From: Thermodesulfobium acidiphilum
GTDB lineage: Bacteria; Thermodesulfobiota; Thermodesulfobiia; Thermodesulfobiales; Thermodesulfobiaceae
Length of the DNA stretch: 64,000 nt
NCBI RefSeq assembly: GCF_003057965.1
Contig: NZ_CP020921.1
Location: 980,916 to 1,044,915, forward strand
Direction: 5' to 3'
Part shown: positions 1 to 10,905 of the stretch, piece by piece
Numbering within the stretch: position 1 is the first letter of the stretch
How the letters are laid out: the number at the start of each line of letters is the position of its first letter
Notes under the pieces: generated by a model
Databases searched by the model: none
What the model was told of the DNA's origin: nothing
What the model saw: the letters and a program-made list of their open reading frames with translations, nothing else
Made by a program: the position numbers and the translations under genes

Positions 1-380
1 ATGATGCTAATTGCAACTATATATATATATGATGCTATTGAATTGTGAATATTAGAATCTTTGTTCTTAAAAACATATAAATACAAAAAATAAATAAATA
101 TTGCACAGAAACTAAGTCTTACAAAAATACTTGTGATAGCTGTTATAAGCCATAACAAATGATTGCTATAAAAATAAGTATTCTCCAAAAAGCCAAGAGG
201 TCCAAAGGTAAATATTATCTCTTTACCCCATTGCAAATTATTTGAAAATGCATATCCAAGAAGCCAGCACCATGATGTGTCTAGAGTATCGCCAGTTGGA
301 GCAAAAACCTTTACAAGATCAGGAATAGTAGTTAAAATAAGAATAAATACAGTTATAATTAAAAAAGTTTTCTTTCTCAT
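1..380 (-). CDS. Partial polytopic membrane protein (5' part only, runs off the window), possibly cell-surface glycan modification
   Basis: Hand translation from ATG at 380: MRKKTFLIITVFILILTTIPDLVKVFAPTGDTLDTSWCWLLGYAFSNNLQWGKEIIFTFGPLGF..., open to position 1 and hydrophobic; absent from the ORF track. Confidence 0.7.
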   Translation of the reverse strand, partial: MRKKTFLIITVFILILTTIPDLVKVFAPTGDTLDTSWCWLLGYAFSNNLQWGKEIIFTFGPLGFLENTYFYSNHLLWLITAITSIFVRLSFCAIFIYFLYLYVFKNKDSNIHNSIASYIYIVAISI

Positions 381-545
381 TTCTTATAGAAAATTCCTTT
401 CATTATCAATTACTGATTTTTTACAATAATTTTAGATACAATAAAATACTTCGCATACCCCATTTGTGTTCTAAAATTAAATTCTAATTATAACAAATTC
501 CATTGTAATTATAAAAGTAAAAAAATATATAAATTTCCTAAAAAA

Positions 546-1550
546 TTAGAAAACAACCTTTACAGGCAGGTAATTAACCCTAAAATTTTCTGGAATGTTT
601 GTTAGTGGCTCTAGCTCAACAACTACAGAAAGTCCATCTTTTGTAAAAGGTGAGACTAAAACAGGCGGAATTTTTTGAGTTTGAGCTTTTAATCCAACAA
701 TTCTAGCTTCTATAGATTGGCCATCAGGGAAAATAACCCTGGCTTTTTTATTTAAAACAACATATTTTGATTTATCTGGATCCAAAAATGCTTCTATTCG
801 AATATTATTATCAATTTGTATAGAAATTAGATCACTATCTTTACTTACTAATTCTCCCTCTTTTACAAAATCAAGTGCGATCGTTCCAGATTGAGGAGCC
901 TTTACAATCAAACTTTCCAAAATAGATTTTAACTCATTCAAACGTACGTTATCAGAAATAGGAGGAGTATATGTAACATTATTGCTTTCTAAGCTGGATT
1001 TAATTTGAAGATAAGATATCTCTGCAGAATTTAGTTGAGAAAGTGCGTTTGACACCTCAGCGTTTGTAGCCGCACCTTTTTCTCTTAGACTCAATATCTC
1101 TTTGTAAGTTTTTAAACGATATTCATAAAGTTCTTTTGCACTTTTCAACATTTCTGGACTGGGTTTTAAAGGTGTCACAGGTTTTACTTGTTGCAAATTA
1201 CTTGCTAATTCTTTATATTGATTTTCAAGAACTTGATTGTTTATTTTTGCTATAATTTCACCCTTAGAAACTTTTTCACCTGGTTTTTTTATAAATTCTA
1301 TATACCCATCATATGGCGCCTTAATTGTAATCTGATTGTAAATTAAATAACCTGGAGCATTTATGAAGAATAAATTATAAACAGTCTTGTATATCAAATA
1401 ACCACCAAAAACGATAAACGGAAGCAAAAATAAAATAAGAACAATTCTAAACCTCCATTTTGAAATAGGTCTTTTTGCAGGGGCATAATTTACTTTTAAA
1501 GTATTATATTCATCTGGTGAAGTAGGTGGTTTGCTAAATTTAATTTTCAT
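546..1550 (-). CDS. HlyD-family periplasmic adaptor / membrane fusion protein
   Basis: N-terminal TM, two lipoyl-like half motifs (IKAPYDG...KPGEKVSKGE; VKAPQSG...VKEGELV) flanking a coiled coil. Confidence 0.8.
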   Translation of the reverse strand: MKIKFSKPPTSPDEYNTLKVNYAPAKRPISKWRFRIVLILFLLPFIVFGGYLIYKTVYNLFFINAPGYLIYNQITIKAPYDGYIEFIKKPGEKVSKGEIIAKINNQVLENQYKELASNLQQVKPVTPLKPSPEMLKSAKELYEYRLKTYKEILSLREKGAATNAEVSNALSQLNSAEISYLQIKSSLESNNVTYTPPISDNVRLNELKSILESLIVKAPQSGTIALDFVKEGELVSKDSDLISIQIDNNIRIEAFLDPDKSKYVVLNKKARVIFPDGQSIEARIVGLKAQTQKIPPVLVSPFTKDGLSVVVELEPLTNIPENFRVNYLPVKVVF

Positions 1551-3812
1551 TTTTTAACCTCCAGAAATCTTCAAGAGATTGAATTGTAATCCCTGAAAAA
1601 TTGCTTTTTTCTTCAAAAGTCTTATATAAATCTCCCCATCTTAAAAGTGAATTATTAATTCCTATTGTTGCAAAAGTTTCATCCTCGGGTAAAACAGACG
1701 TTGGCTCACAAGAAATAGCTACACTAAAATGTAAATTAGGATTTTCTTCCATAATTTTATCTCCAATTTCCACAATTTTATCTGTATTTATGGTATATAT
1801 CATAAGAATAACTTCGTTTAAACCAGCTTTATTTAGGCTTTCTAATAACTTATGATCTTCGGCATCTTTGTAATTCATAGAAAGTCCAATCGGCAATGTG
1901 GTTGAGGCATGAACTTCAGCAATCGTCTTAATTATTCCTTTATTCCAAGAATTCCTATCCTTTTCTGGAAGCTGATTTTTTTCTATGTCTAACTGTATTC
2001 CAGAAAAATTAAATTTACTTAATTTATTAATAATGTAAATTAATTTACTTCGATATTTATCCAACACCCAATCAGGATCTCCAAGTAATAATTCTACATT
2101 TATATGTCTTTTATTGGCTTCTTGAATAAATTTATTTAGAATATTTGCATCACTTTGGTTTGAAATCACTTGCTTAATCTCTGTATTATTTAAAGATAAA
2201 AATATTCGTTTTGTTGATTTTGGAAGTTGTAACCAGAAATTTTTACCTAAAGTTTTATACAATTCTAATCCATTCCAGACATACCAATTCAAATATTCAT
2301 TGTCTGTATTTCCATTAATAACTTTAGTACTAGTTGCACTAATCTTGTTCTCATTTTTAGAACTGGCAAAAGATATTGAAGTTTTATCAGCAGTATTAGT
2401 TGAATCAAAAACATCAATAATTTTCGAAATCAAATTTTCATTACTCCTATCAAAATCGCTACATTTATATATATTATTGCTGAAACCAACCAGACCTAAA
2501 ATATCTGCCTTTGCTTTAAATAGATCAAGTAAAGCCTCAAGATAGTCATTGGCAGTTTGATATAAATAATATTTTGATTTCATAACATTATAAAAATAAT
2601 CTCCAGGATCAATTGAACTTCTTAATTTAGCGGTGTTATAACCTGCCAAAGCAGCATCAAACCTATCTCTTGCTGTTTTTAAGTTTTCATATCTTGACTG
2701 AAGCCAAAGATAACTGCTATTAGCCGTATCCTTATAAGCCTTTTCTTGATAATCCAATTCTAATTGAGCCTTTTGCACTCTTAATAAATTCTTAGAATAT
2801 GATACATCCTGCCATTTTTTATCACAAAATGGCATACTAACGGTTAAGGAAGCCATTATATTCCAGCCAGCGCTCCCCTGAAAGCCGCTCTGGACACCGC
2901 TTGAAACACTAAGGTTCCCAGAAGAAAATATAGAATTAGTCTCTCTCAATACCTTCTTATAACCTTCAAGTTTTTCAGCATACAATTGAATTTGTGGATT
3001 CTTATACATGGAATCTAAGATAAATTGATACGTTATAAAATCCGTATTTAAATTTGGATATACAGGCTGAAAGTTATATAAATTATTTGAAGTAATTAAC
3101 TTTAAGGCACCAAGTGCATCTTGCGCTTGCTTGAAATAAACAGATTTGTTGCGCTTTACAACAACAAATTCGGTATTGAGCTCTAATCTGTCAGATTCTA
3201 AAATTAATCCTACTTTTTGCCTTTCTAACAGTATATCTTTTGTTGATTGTTTATCCTTTAAAAATTCATTAGCTAAATCTAATTGAATTAATCTTATATA
3301 ATATTCTGAATAAGCATAAATCAGGGATTTACTTGCTTGCCATCTTTTTAAATTAATTTCTGTGGCACTTTGATTTTTCAAAGATTCATTTAAAATTAAA
3401 TTTTGTTTAAGAGACTGTCTTGTACCAAATAAAGGTATATTTAACCTATATTTGTAGAAAATTCGTTATATCTTTCCTGCAACGGCGTAAGTGTCTCTGT
3501 GTAACTATTTGTAACACCGTTTTGTCCTGTTGTAAAAACATTATAAGTAGAAGTTTGCACAGGATTTGAATAGTTGTTATAAGTTACGCTACCAAATAAG
3601 GTAGGATAGAGTGCAATTTTATCCAACTCCACCTGCATTTTTGCAATATCATACTCTTTCTTAGCTATTTCAAGATCAGGATTTGCTTCTATTAGATTTT
3701 GCATTTGCTCTATCGTAATAATTTGAGCTCTGCAAACATTAGATAAAATAAAAAAACACAAAAAAAATAAAAAAAGGGTAGTTAACTTAATAAAAAAGCA
3801 ACGAAAGGCCAC
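1540..3812 (-). pseudogene. TolC-family outer membrane efflux protein fused to a C-terminal glycoside-hydrolase-like domain; frameshifted near 3444
   Basis: ORF 3441..3842 (signal peptide, NPDLEIAK...ALYPTL; likely GTG start 3812 after GGGAGG) and ORF 1540..3381 are in different frames. The second frame is open upstream to the junction, giving ...TNIG/LNIPLFGTRQ... C-terminal domain has WYVWN, LLGDPDW and GIQLDIE. Confidence 0.75.
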
Positions 3813-3814
3813 TA

Positions 3815-5134
3815 TTAAAACCTCCCCTTTCTTAACACCCACCAGGGTGCTATATTTGAATCAAGATGTGATTTGTTGATAATAGAATGGAAAATAGCCA
3901 AAGCAGTATTCATTCTCGACACAAATGCAAAAAGAGGAAATAACGGGATATAAAAGAAGTAAACAATATCCTCCTTTAACCTATCAGAAATCAAAAGAAA
4001 ATATAACAAAAAATATATAGATAAAACTAACAAATAAAAGATATAAACAATAAGAAATAAAGCGATGACATAAGGTGTAGGAAATGTATAAAACAGAAAA
4101 ATTGTATAAAGTATTATTACAAATGGCAAAATTATTTGCATAAAATAAGTAATAATTATCGTTGAAAAATAATTAATCCAATTAAGAAACCCTGGTCTTA
4201 TATTATCCAAATATTTTCGCCCTATAATATAAAACAGATCCCCTTCCCAACGTATTCTTTGTTTAAAATAACCTAAAAAAGTTTCAGGCACATCTGTATG
4301 CCCTACCATATATGGATCAAACACAATTCTCCAATTTTTATTTCTTCCAAAATACTGTTTAATCCTGATAGTCAAATCCAAATCTTCTGCCGAACCAGTA
4401 TTCCAGCCACCCACTAAGTCTAAAACCTTCTTTCTAAAAACCCCAAAAGCTCCAGATATATTATTTACAATACCAAAAGCAGACAGACCTGCTTTGCCAG
4501 CAGATATACTCAAAATATATTCTAAGGCCTGAAGCCTCGTGGCTAATGATTTGCTTGCATTTCTTACGCGCAAATTGCCAGCAACTGCAATTACATTTTC
4601 ATCGTTAAAATGATTAACAGCCTTCACTACCATGTCGTTATCAAAAGAAGTATCTCCATCAAGAGCTATAAAGATCTCCCCACTTGCTATTTTTAGTGCC
4701 ACATTCAAAGAAGAAATTTTACCACCTCGTTGCCATTTGGGTATTATAATTAATTTTCTATTATCGGTTGTATCAACAAGTTCTTTACAACTTTGTGCGG
4801 CCTGTAAGGTATCTTTATTTTGTAATGCACCATCAATCACAGCTATTATTTCAATAAGTCCTGGATATGTTTGGAAAGTTAAAGATTTGATTGTATTGAT
4901 TACGCTAATCCCTTCAGAATAGCAGGTGATACAACAACTAACAGGAGGTAATTTTGTTAATAAATCACTTTGAAAAAGATAATCCTTTGCAAATTTAAAT
5001 ATACCAATTATTATAAATAATAGTAATGGACCTTCAAAAAATACTACAAATGGCGTAAACATGAGAATAAAGGTTAGGAATGAACTATGAGAATTAATAA
5101 TACTTGAGAAAGCTAAATAAACTGAATCAATCAT
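3815..5134 (-). CDS. Processive GT2 polysaccharide synthase (PgaC/IcaA/cellulose-synthase-like)
   Basis: D, DGD, AEDLD and QRIRW motifs plus N- and C-terminal TM helices. Confidence 0.85.
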   Translation of the reverse strand: MIDSVYLAFSSIINSHSSFLTFILMFTPFVVFFEGPLLLFIIIGIFKFAKDYLFQSDLLTKLPPVSCCITCYSEGISVINTIKSLTFQTYPGLIEIIAVIDGALQNKDTLQAAQSCKELVDTTDNRKLIIIPKWQRGGKISSLNVALKIASGEIFIALDGDTSFDNDMVVKAVNHFNDENVIAVAGNLRVRNASKSLATRLQALEYILSISAGKAGLSAFGIVNNISGAFGVFRKKVLDLVGGWNTGSAEDLDLTIRIKQYFGRNKNWRIVFDPYMVGHTDVPETFLGYFKQRIRWEGDLFYIIGRKYLDNIRPGFLNWINYFSTIIITYFMQIILPFVIILYTIFLFYTFPTPYVIALFLIVYIFYLLVLSIYFLLYFLLISDRLKEDIVYFFYIPLFPLFAFVSRMNTALAIFHSIINKSHLDSNIAPWWVLRKGRF

Positions 5135-6485
5135 TATCTGTATCTAACTCGTTCATTAAGTTCTCAGCGTCAGACTCATCTGACAACTCAAAAGAATATT
5201 TAATCTTCTTATGAAATCTAATCTTTACCTCTTTATCAGGCTGAATATTTTTTACAACTTCTTCTATTCTTTTGCAGATGCCTTTCTTATAAGTTGCAGG
5301 TAAAAAAATCCAAAGCTTATAATTTTCATCCCTACATACAACATCGGTATTACGAAGTATTTCACTTATTCTATTGGCAATTTCTCTATAAATTTCCATT
5401 GATTTACTAATTCCATAATACTCAATTACCTCTTCAATATTCTGAAATTTTATTAATAGTAAACCAAAAGAAAAGTTTTTATTTCTTCTAAAAAGCTTTA
5501 TAAACCAATCTAATATTAACTGAAAGTATTCAAGAGAAACATATTTAAAGCTCTCGTTTAAGATTGAAAATACAATTTTCTTTTGTTCAAGCAAAAGCCA
5601 CTCATAACCAAATAAAGTCATCTTGATAGTGTAAAATTCCTGGACTTTTAATTTGTCTGGGCTACCCTGTTCACCACAAGTCATACAACGATAAATTGTT
5701 TCAGGCTCATCAAAAACAAAACCACAGTTATTGCACACGTATTGTGCTGTAGGCAAATCATAATCTACTCCAATATGTTTTAGATGAGTATTACACTTTG
5801 GGCATATTAAATCATAGCCTTTGTTAAATTCTTCTTGCTTGCCAACATATCCACATGTAAAACAATGAAGAAAGCGCGAGCGTTTTATGTCTATACTTTT
5901 ACAATTTGGGCAAACATCAACAAAATATATGTGAGCACTGGAACAATTATTACAAAGTCTAACTCTATCAATAAGTTTATTAAATTTAATAACATTTCTT
6001 CTAACTAACTCTTTATACCATTCTGTATCATTTTTATTTTCACTTAAGCACTCAATAATTGGATAAGTATAAAGCATTGTTTAATCAGGTTTAAATTCTG
6101 GAAGAATTTCAAAATTATCGCGTAAAAACAAGTAAACTAAAAGTTTTTCACCTGGAGCAAGTGAATCCAAGGTAAATTTTAGTGTTTTAATTTTCTCTTC
6201 TGCTAATTTGCATTTATCTACAGCTTGAATAATGTTTAATTTTCCATCCAGAAGCTGATTGTCAAAATCTTCTTCAGTAAAACAAAATTTGTACCACCAC
6301 TTTGAAGATCTAATAAATTTTGCAATATCAAGATAAATCTTATTAAGGTCACTCGAAATAAAAAAACCTATCGGCTTAATACCTGACTCTAAAAAATCCT
6401 CCCATGAAGCAAATACAACATAAAAATCAGATTTATCTAATTTCTGATTGCTAAATACTACTAGTTTATCTTTATTTGTATCTAT
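5127..6485 (-). pseudogene. Zn-ribbon plus degenerate GGDEF protein (putative c-di-GMP receptor); in-frame stop at 6081-6083 and ATA at the expected start
   Basis: Several CxxC pairs and RNTD (RxxD I-site) without GGDEF. The frame is open from ATA at 6485 (after GGAGG) down to TAA, two codons before the ATG at 6077. Confidence 0.7.
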
Positions 6486-6574
6486 TTTTAACCTCCGCTA
6501 AAAATAAAAATAATAAATTACATTTTTTGTTCAGAATTTCCTACTCTAAAAATATAACCAATAACTGTTTTATT

Positions 6575-6601
6575 TTATCGGCAAAAAAAATAATTTTAAT
6601 T
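6575..6601 (-). promoter_or_regulatory. Possible sigma28 (FliA)-type promoter for the polysaccharide operon
   Basis: Perfect -10 GCCGATAA at 6582-6575; the nearest TAAA is 12 nt upstream rather than the canonical 15. Confidence 0.3.
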
Positions 6602-6917
6602 TTTCCTGTAAATTCATCTTATGACAAAATTAATTACGGTTGACTTATTTTGAATAATGATAAATTTTAATCTAAATTAAATAATAACTCAACTTAATTG
6701 CGTAAATTTCCTCTGAATATCTTAACTTTCTTTTTTAATGTTTTAGATTTTGTCTACAAAAATTTTAAGTATAATCTTAAAAATATACCATTACACGATT
6801 AAAAAATTTATCAAATACATCAAAAAGATGAAAAATGAAAATAATGAAATTTAATACTATAAATAATATTTTAGATTCTCTTGTTAAAATAATAAAGAAA
6901 AATGAGGTGATAACTTA

Positions 6918-7304
6918 ATGGTCTTTGCAAGCGCTATAAATTGCATGGATGGAAGAACCCAGGAACCTGTTATAAATTGGATAAAGAAAAACTACAACGT
7001 AAAATATATAGATATGATTACTGAAGCAGGTCCAATCAAAATAATTTCTGAAAACTCAGATATTTGCTTGATAAATTCTATAAAAGAAAGATTAAACATT
7101 TCTATAAACATTCACGGCTCAAAACTTATTGCAATAGTAGGACACTATGACTGTGCTAAAAATCCAGAAAATAAAAACACCCAAATAAAACAAATTAAAG
7201 ATTGTATAAATATAGTCAAACAATGGTATGATGTCGAAATCGTGGGCTTATATGTAAATGAAAATTGGCAGGTAGAGGAAATAGATATTTATAAAAATTC
7301 ATAA
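6918..7304 (+). CDS. Small beta-class-like putative carbonic anhydrase
   Basis: NCMDGR and GHYDC zinc-ligand motifs. Confidence 0.7.
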   Translation: MVFASAINCMDGRTQEPVINWIKKNYNVKYIDMITEAGPIKIISENSDICLINSIKERLNISINIHGSKLIAIVGHYDCAKNPENKNTQIKQIKDCINIVKQWYDVEIVGLYVNENWQVEEIDIYKNS

Positions 7305-9037
7305 TGAAAATTAATTTATTTGACCCTTGTGTAAAAATTAAAAATTTAACATCAAACCTGCTTTTAAAAATTTATAAAATTTATGCAGCTTCTTCTATAC
7401 CATTAATTACAGCAACAATTATTTTTTATTTTTATACCAGTATAAAATTTTCTGTAAATATGCCATATTCAGACGATTATGATGCTATCTTAGACTTTAT
7501 AAACAAATTTTATACCCATAATGATTTGGGATATAGACTATATTTGCTTTTCTCTCAATTCCACGAGCACAGAATTGTGTTTAATAGACTTATTACACTA
7601 TTTTTTTTCAATATTATTGGGAAGATAGACTTCAAAATACTATCAATTGTAGGGAATTTTGGACTTCTTTTTATAATATTATTTTTAATAATCCTTTTTA
7701 AGAAAAAATATAATTTCAAAACATCAGAGTTATTGCCAGTAGTTATAACAATGCTTTGCTTTTCACAATGGGAGTTGATGTCGAACTTTCCAATGGCATC
7801 TATTCAGCAATATTATGAGCTTCTGTTCTCAATCATTTCTATTACAGCATTTACCTATGAAGGATATGGCTTTATACTTGGAACAGTATTTTTTGTAATA
7901 GCAGTCTTTACTGGTGGTGGAGGTTTATTCATATCCCCTATTGTTCTTTTATATCTATTTTTAACAAAACAATATAAAAAATTTTCAATATTTTTAACTG
8001 CATCTCTAATTATTTTCTTTATTTATTTCCCTCTTCTTCACTATATCTCGCCTTCGATAAAGGATACCTTAATTTTTTGCTTAAAAAATCCTGCTTCTCT
8101 ACTAGGTTATATGATGATATTTATAGCTTCTGCTGCCAAAAACTATGCATTAGTGTTTATTATCGCAATTTTTTTAATATTAAACTATCTATGGCTCTTG
8201 CGCAGAAAACTAAATAAAGAAAACTATGCTTTAATATTACTTATCAGTTTCGTATTTCTAACATCTTTAGTAGTAGGCCTTAACAGGATTTTTCTTGGAT
8301 TCGATAGTGCAATGTTTTCGAGATATACAATATACTCGCTTTTCTTATTTTCTTTATCATATATATCACTTTTCTTAAACGCTAAAAATGAAAATATTAG
8401 AAAAATAATTACTCTTTCAGGTCTCATACTTTCAATTGTTTTATATGTTAGCTGGATTCAAACAGCATATTCAGAACTATCTGATAAACAGCACATGTTA
8501 AATACATTTATGTCATATCCATATCAGGACAAGGCATTTGAGAATATAAGGTTTGCCAAAAATCATGGATGGTTTACTCCCATACAAAATGTTTATGATA
8601 ATACAAAAAGAGAATTTTATCTTGCAAAAAATATAAAACAGCTAAAAAAGTACAATGCGCCCCCGCTGCTCGTGCTTACTTATTTTTATAAATATCCCTT
8701 TCCTTTCGAAAACAAACAATTTAAATTGATTGTAAAAAGATATGACAACATAAACCTATATGGATGGGCGCTGGATCCATTTGCATTAAACACAGCTTCT
8801 TTCTTATACGCTGATATCGATGGCAAACTTTATCCATTAACTTATGGCTTTCCAAGAAAAGACGTTGTAAAGCTCTTCAAAATCCCACAGTTTAAATTTT
8901 CAGGATTTAACTCTAATGTCAGCATTAAAGACCTTCCTAATGGCAGTCATCAATTTAGCCTTATAGTAGTAAATCACGATGAAAATGCCTACTATCAAAC
9001 AGAAAGTCTAACTTTCTACAAAAAAACTTCAAATTAA
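7304..9037 (+). CDS. Polytopic membrane protein, GT-C-like / surface glycan modification
   Basis: MPYSDDYD and QFHEHRI loop motifs, many TM helices, soluble C-terminal domain (GWALDP...RKDV...SGF). Confidence 0.55.
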   Translation: MKINLFDPCVKIKNLTSNLLLKIYKIYAASSIPLITATIIFYFYTSIKFSVNMPYSDDYDAILDFINKFYTHNDLGYRLYLLFSQFHEHRIVFNRLITLFFFNIIGKIDFKILSIVGNFGLLFIILFLIILFKKKYNFKTSELLPVVITMLCFSQWELMSNFPMASIQQYYELLFSIISITAFTYEGYGFILGTVFFVIAVFTGGGGLFISPIVLLYLFLTKQYKKFSIFLTASLIIFFIYFPLLHYISPSIKDTLIFCLKNPASLLGYMMIFIASAAKNYALVFIIAIFLILNYLWLLRRKLNKENYALILLISFVFLTSLVVGLNRIFLGFDSAMFSRYTIYSLFLFSLSYISLFLNAKNENIRKIITLSGLILSIVLYVSWIQTAYSELSDKQHMLNTFMSYPYQDKAFENIRFAKNHGWFTPIQNVYDNTKREFYLAKNIKQLKKYNAPPLLVLTYFYKYPFPFENKQFKLIVKRYDNINLYGWALDPFALNTASFLYADIDGKLYPLTYGFPRKDVVKLFKIPQFKFSGFNSNVSIKDLPNGSHQFSLIVVNHDENAYYQTESLTFYKKTSN

Positions 9038-9204
9038 AGCTAATTTTTAAATTTCTAAAAATCTAAATTAATATTTAAGATAACTTCAACCTTTAGATTG
9101 ACCAAAATCATAATAAAAACATATAAATCAATATTAATTAATCAGTTTTTCAAATAGGTTATAATTAAATTCTAAGTAATAGTAAATTTATATCCTTTCA
9201 GGAG

Positions 9205-10905
9205 GTGCTGGTTAATTTGCTTTTAGATATTTTGCAATTCACAGTTTTCTTTGTATTGCTGACATTATGTGTAAAACCACTTGGTTTGTATATATCAAAT
9301 ATCTTTGAGGGAAAACAAACTTTTCTTTCACGAATCATTTTTCCAATTGAGCAGCTTGTTTACAGATTAAGTTTTATAAACCCAGAAAACCAGATGGATT
9401 GGAAAGAGTATGCTTTGTCAATGTTACTCTTCAATTTGCTTGGATTTGTATTTCTTTTCCTGATACTTGTAGTGCAGCAATTTTTGCCACTAAATCCCGA
9501 ACACTTTAATGGTTTTCCATTCGACCTTGCTTTAAACACTGCCATAAGCTTCATTACAAATACAAACTGGCAAGCTTATGCAGGGGAATCATCTGCTAGT
9601 TATCTTACCCAGATGCTTGGTCTTACAGTACAAAATTTTCTTAGCGCTGCAACAGGCATTGCCATACTTATAGCGTTAATTAGAGGTTTTGTAAACAAAC
9701 AATCAAAAGCTATTGGAAATTTTTGGGTTGACACAACAAGAGCAACTTTATACATATTATTGCCATTATCAATAGTCTTTGCCATTTTTTTAATAAGTCA
9801 GGGGGTTATTCAAAACTTTGCAAATTATCAAACAGTTCATCTAATTTCTTCACAAACTATACCAATGGGCCCAGTTGCCTCTCAGGAATCGATAAAACTA
9901 TTAGGTACAAATGGTGGCGGTTTTTTCAACGCAAACTCAGCGCATCCATTCGAAAATCCTAATCCTTTAACAAATTTTTTTGAAGCATTTATGATAATTC
10001 TCATCCCCGCATCGCTTACATATACCTTTGGCAAAATGCAAAAAAACACTAGACAGGGTTGGGCAATTTATATAACAATGCTATTTTTATTCTTAACATT
10101 TATGAGTATTCAATATTGGGCAAATATCTCCTCCAATCCTATGGTCAGTAGTCTTGGAGTTTCAGGACACTATCTAGAGGGACAGGAAGTTAGATTTGGA
10201 ATTGGAGGAACTACACTTTTTTCTTCAATAACTACAGCAGTTGCATGTGGGGCTGTTAATGCGATGCATGATTCTCTTTTACCTATCGGCTCAATGATCC
10301 CTATGATTTTTATGTTGTCGGGAGAAACAATATTTGGAGGCGTAGGTTCTGGATTATATACAATGTTTGCTTTTATGATAATTGCTGTTTTCGTTGCAGG
10401 TCTAATGATCGGCCGTACACCTGAATTTTTGGGAAAAAAAATTGAAGTAAAGGAAATGTGGATGGCAATAATTATAGTTTTAACTTCAGGCTTACTTGTA
10501 TTGGTATTCACTAGCATTGCGCTTGTTACAAAAGAAGGTGTTAGCTCTATATTAAACCCTGGTCCGCATGGCTTGTCAGAAATACTCTACGCTTATGCAT
10601 CTACCGCAAATAATAATGGGAGCGCCTTTGCTGGTTTGAACGCAAATACTGTGTTTTATAATATTACTACAGCTATAGCTATGTTAATTGGTCGCTACGT
10701 GCCTGCAGTAGCTGCTATTTATATGGCAGGATCTCTTTCAGCTAAAAAATATGTACCTCCAAGCGTCGGCACTCTTCCAACAGACCGTATACCCTTTATG
10801 ATATGGCTTATGTTAGTTATCATCATTATTGGAGCACTAACTTTCTTTTCTGCTCTAGCATTAGGACCATTTCTCGAAAATATTCTTATGCAGAGAGGTT
10901 TTTAA
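9205..10905 (+). CDS. kdpA: Potassium-transporting ATPase subunit A (true start may be TTG at 9217)
   Basis: [20 protein letters not shown] and NNGSAF selectivity-filter motifs. Confidence 0.97.
   Translation: MLVNLLLDILQFTVFFVLLTLCVKPLGLYISNIFEGKQTFLSRIIFPIEQLVYRLSFINPENQMDWKEYALSMLLFNLLGFVFLFLILVVQQFLPLNPEHFNGFPFDLALNTAISFITNTNWQAYAGESSASYLTQMLGLTVQNFLSAATGIAILIALIRGFVNKQSKAIGNFWVDTTRATLYILLPLSIVFAIFLISQGVIQNFANYQTVHLISSQTIPMGPVASQESIKLLGTNGGGFFNANSAHPFENPNPLTNFFEAFMIILIPASLTYTFGKMQKNTRQGWAIYITMLFLFLTFMSIQYWANISSNPMVSSLGVSGHYLEGQEVRFGIGGTTLFSSITTAVACGAVNAMHDSLLPIGSMIPMIFMLSGETIFGGVGSGLYTMFAFMIIAVFVAGLMIGRTPEFLGKKIEVKEMWMAIIIVLTSGLLVLVFTSIALVTKEGVSSILNPGPHGLSEILYAYASTANNNGSAFAGLNANTVFYNITTAIAMLIGRYVPAVAAIYMAGSLSAKKYVPPSVGTLPTDRIPFMIWLMLVIIIIGALTFFSALALGPFLENILMQRGF

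Noticed and set aside
9040-9204. kdpF or a KdpE box upstream of kdpA
   Set aside because: No convincing small hydrophobic ORF with SD; the AT-rich sequence makes box matches uninformative
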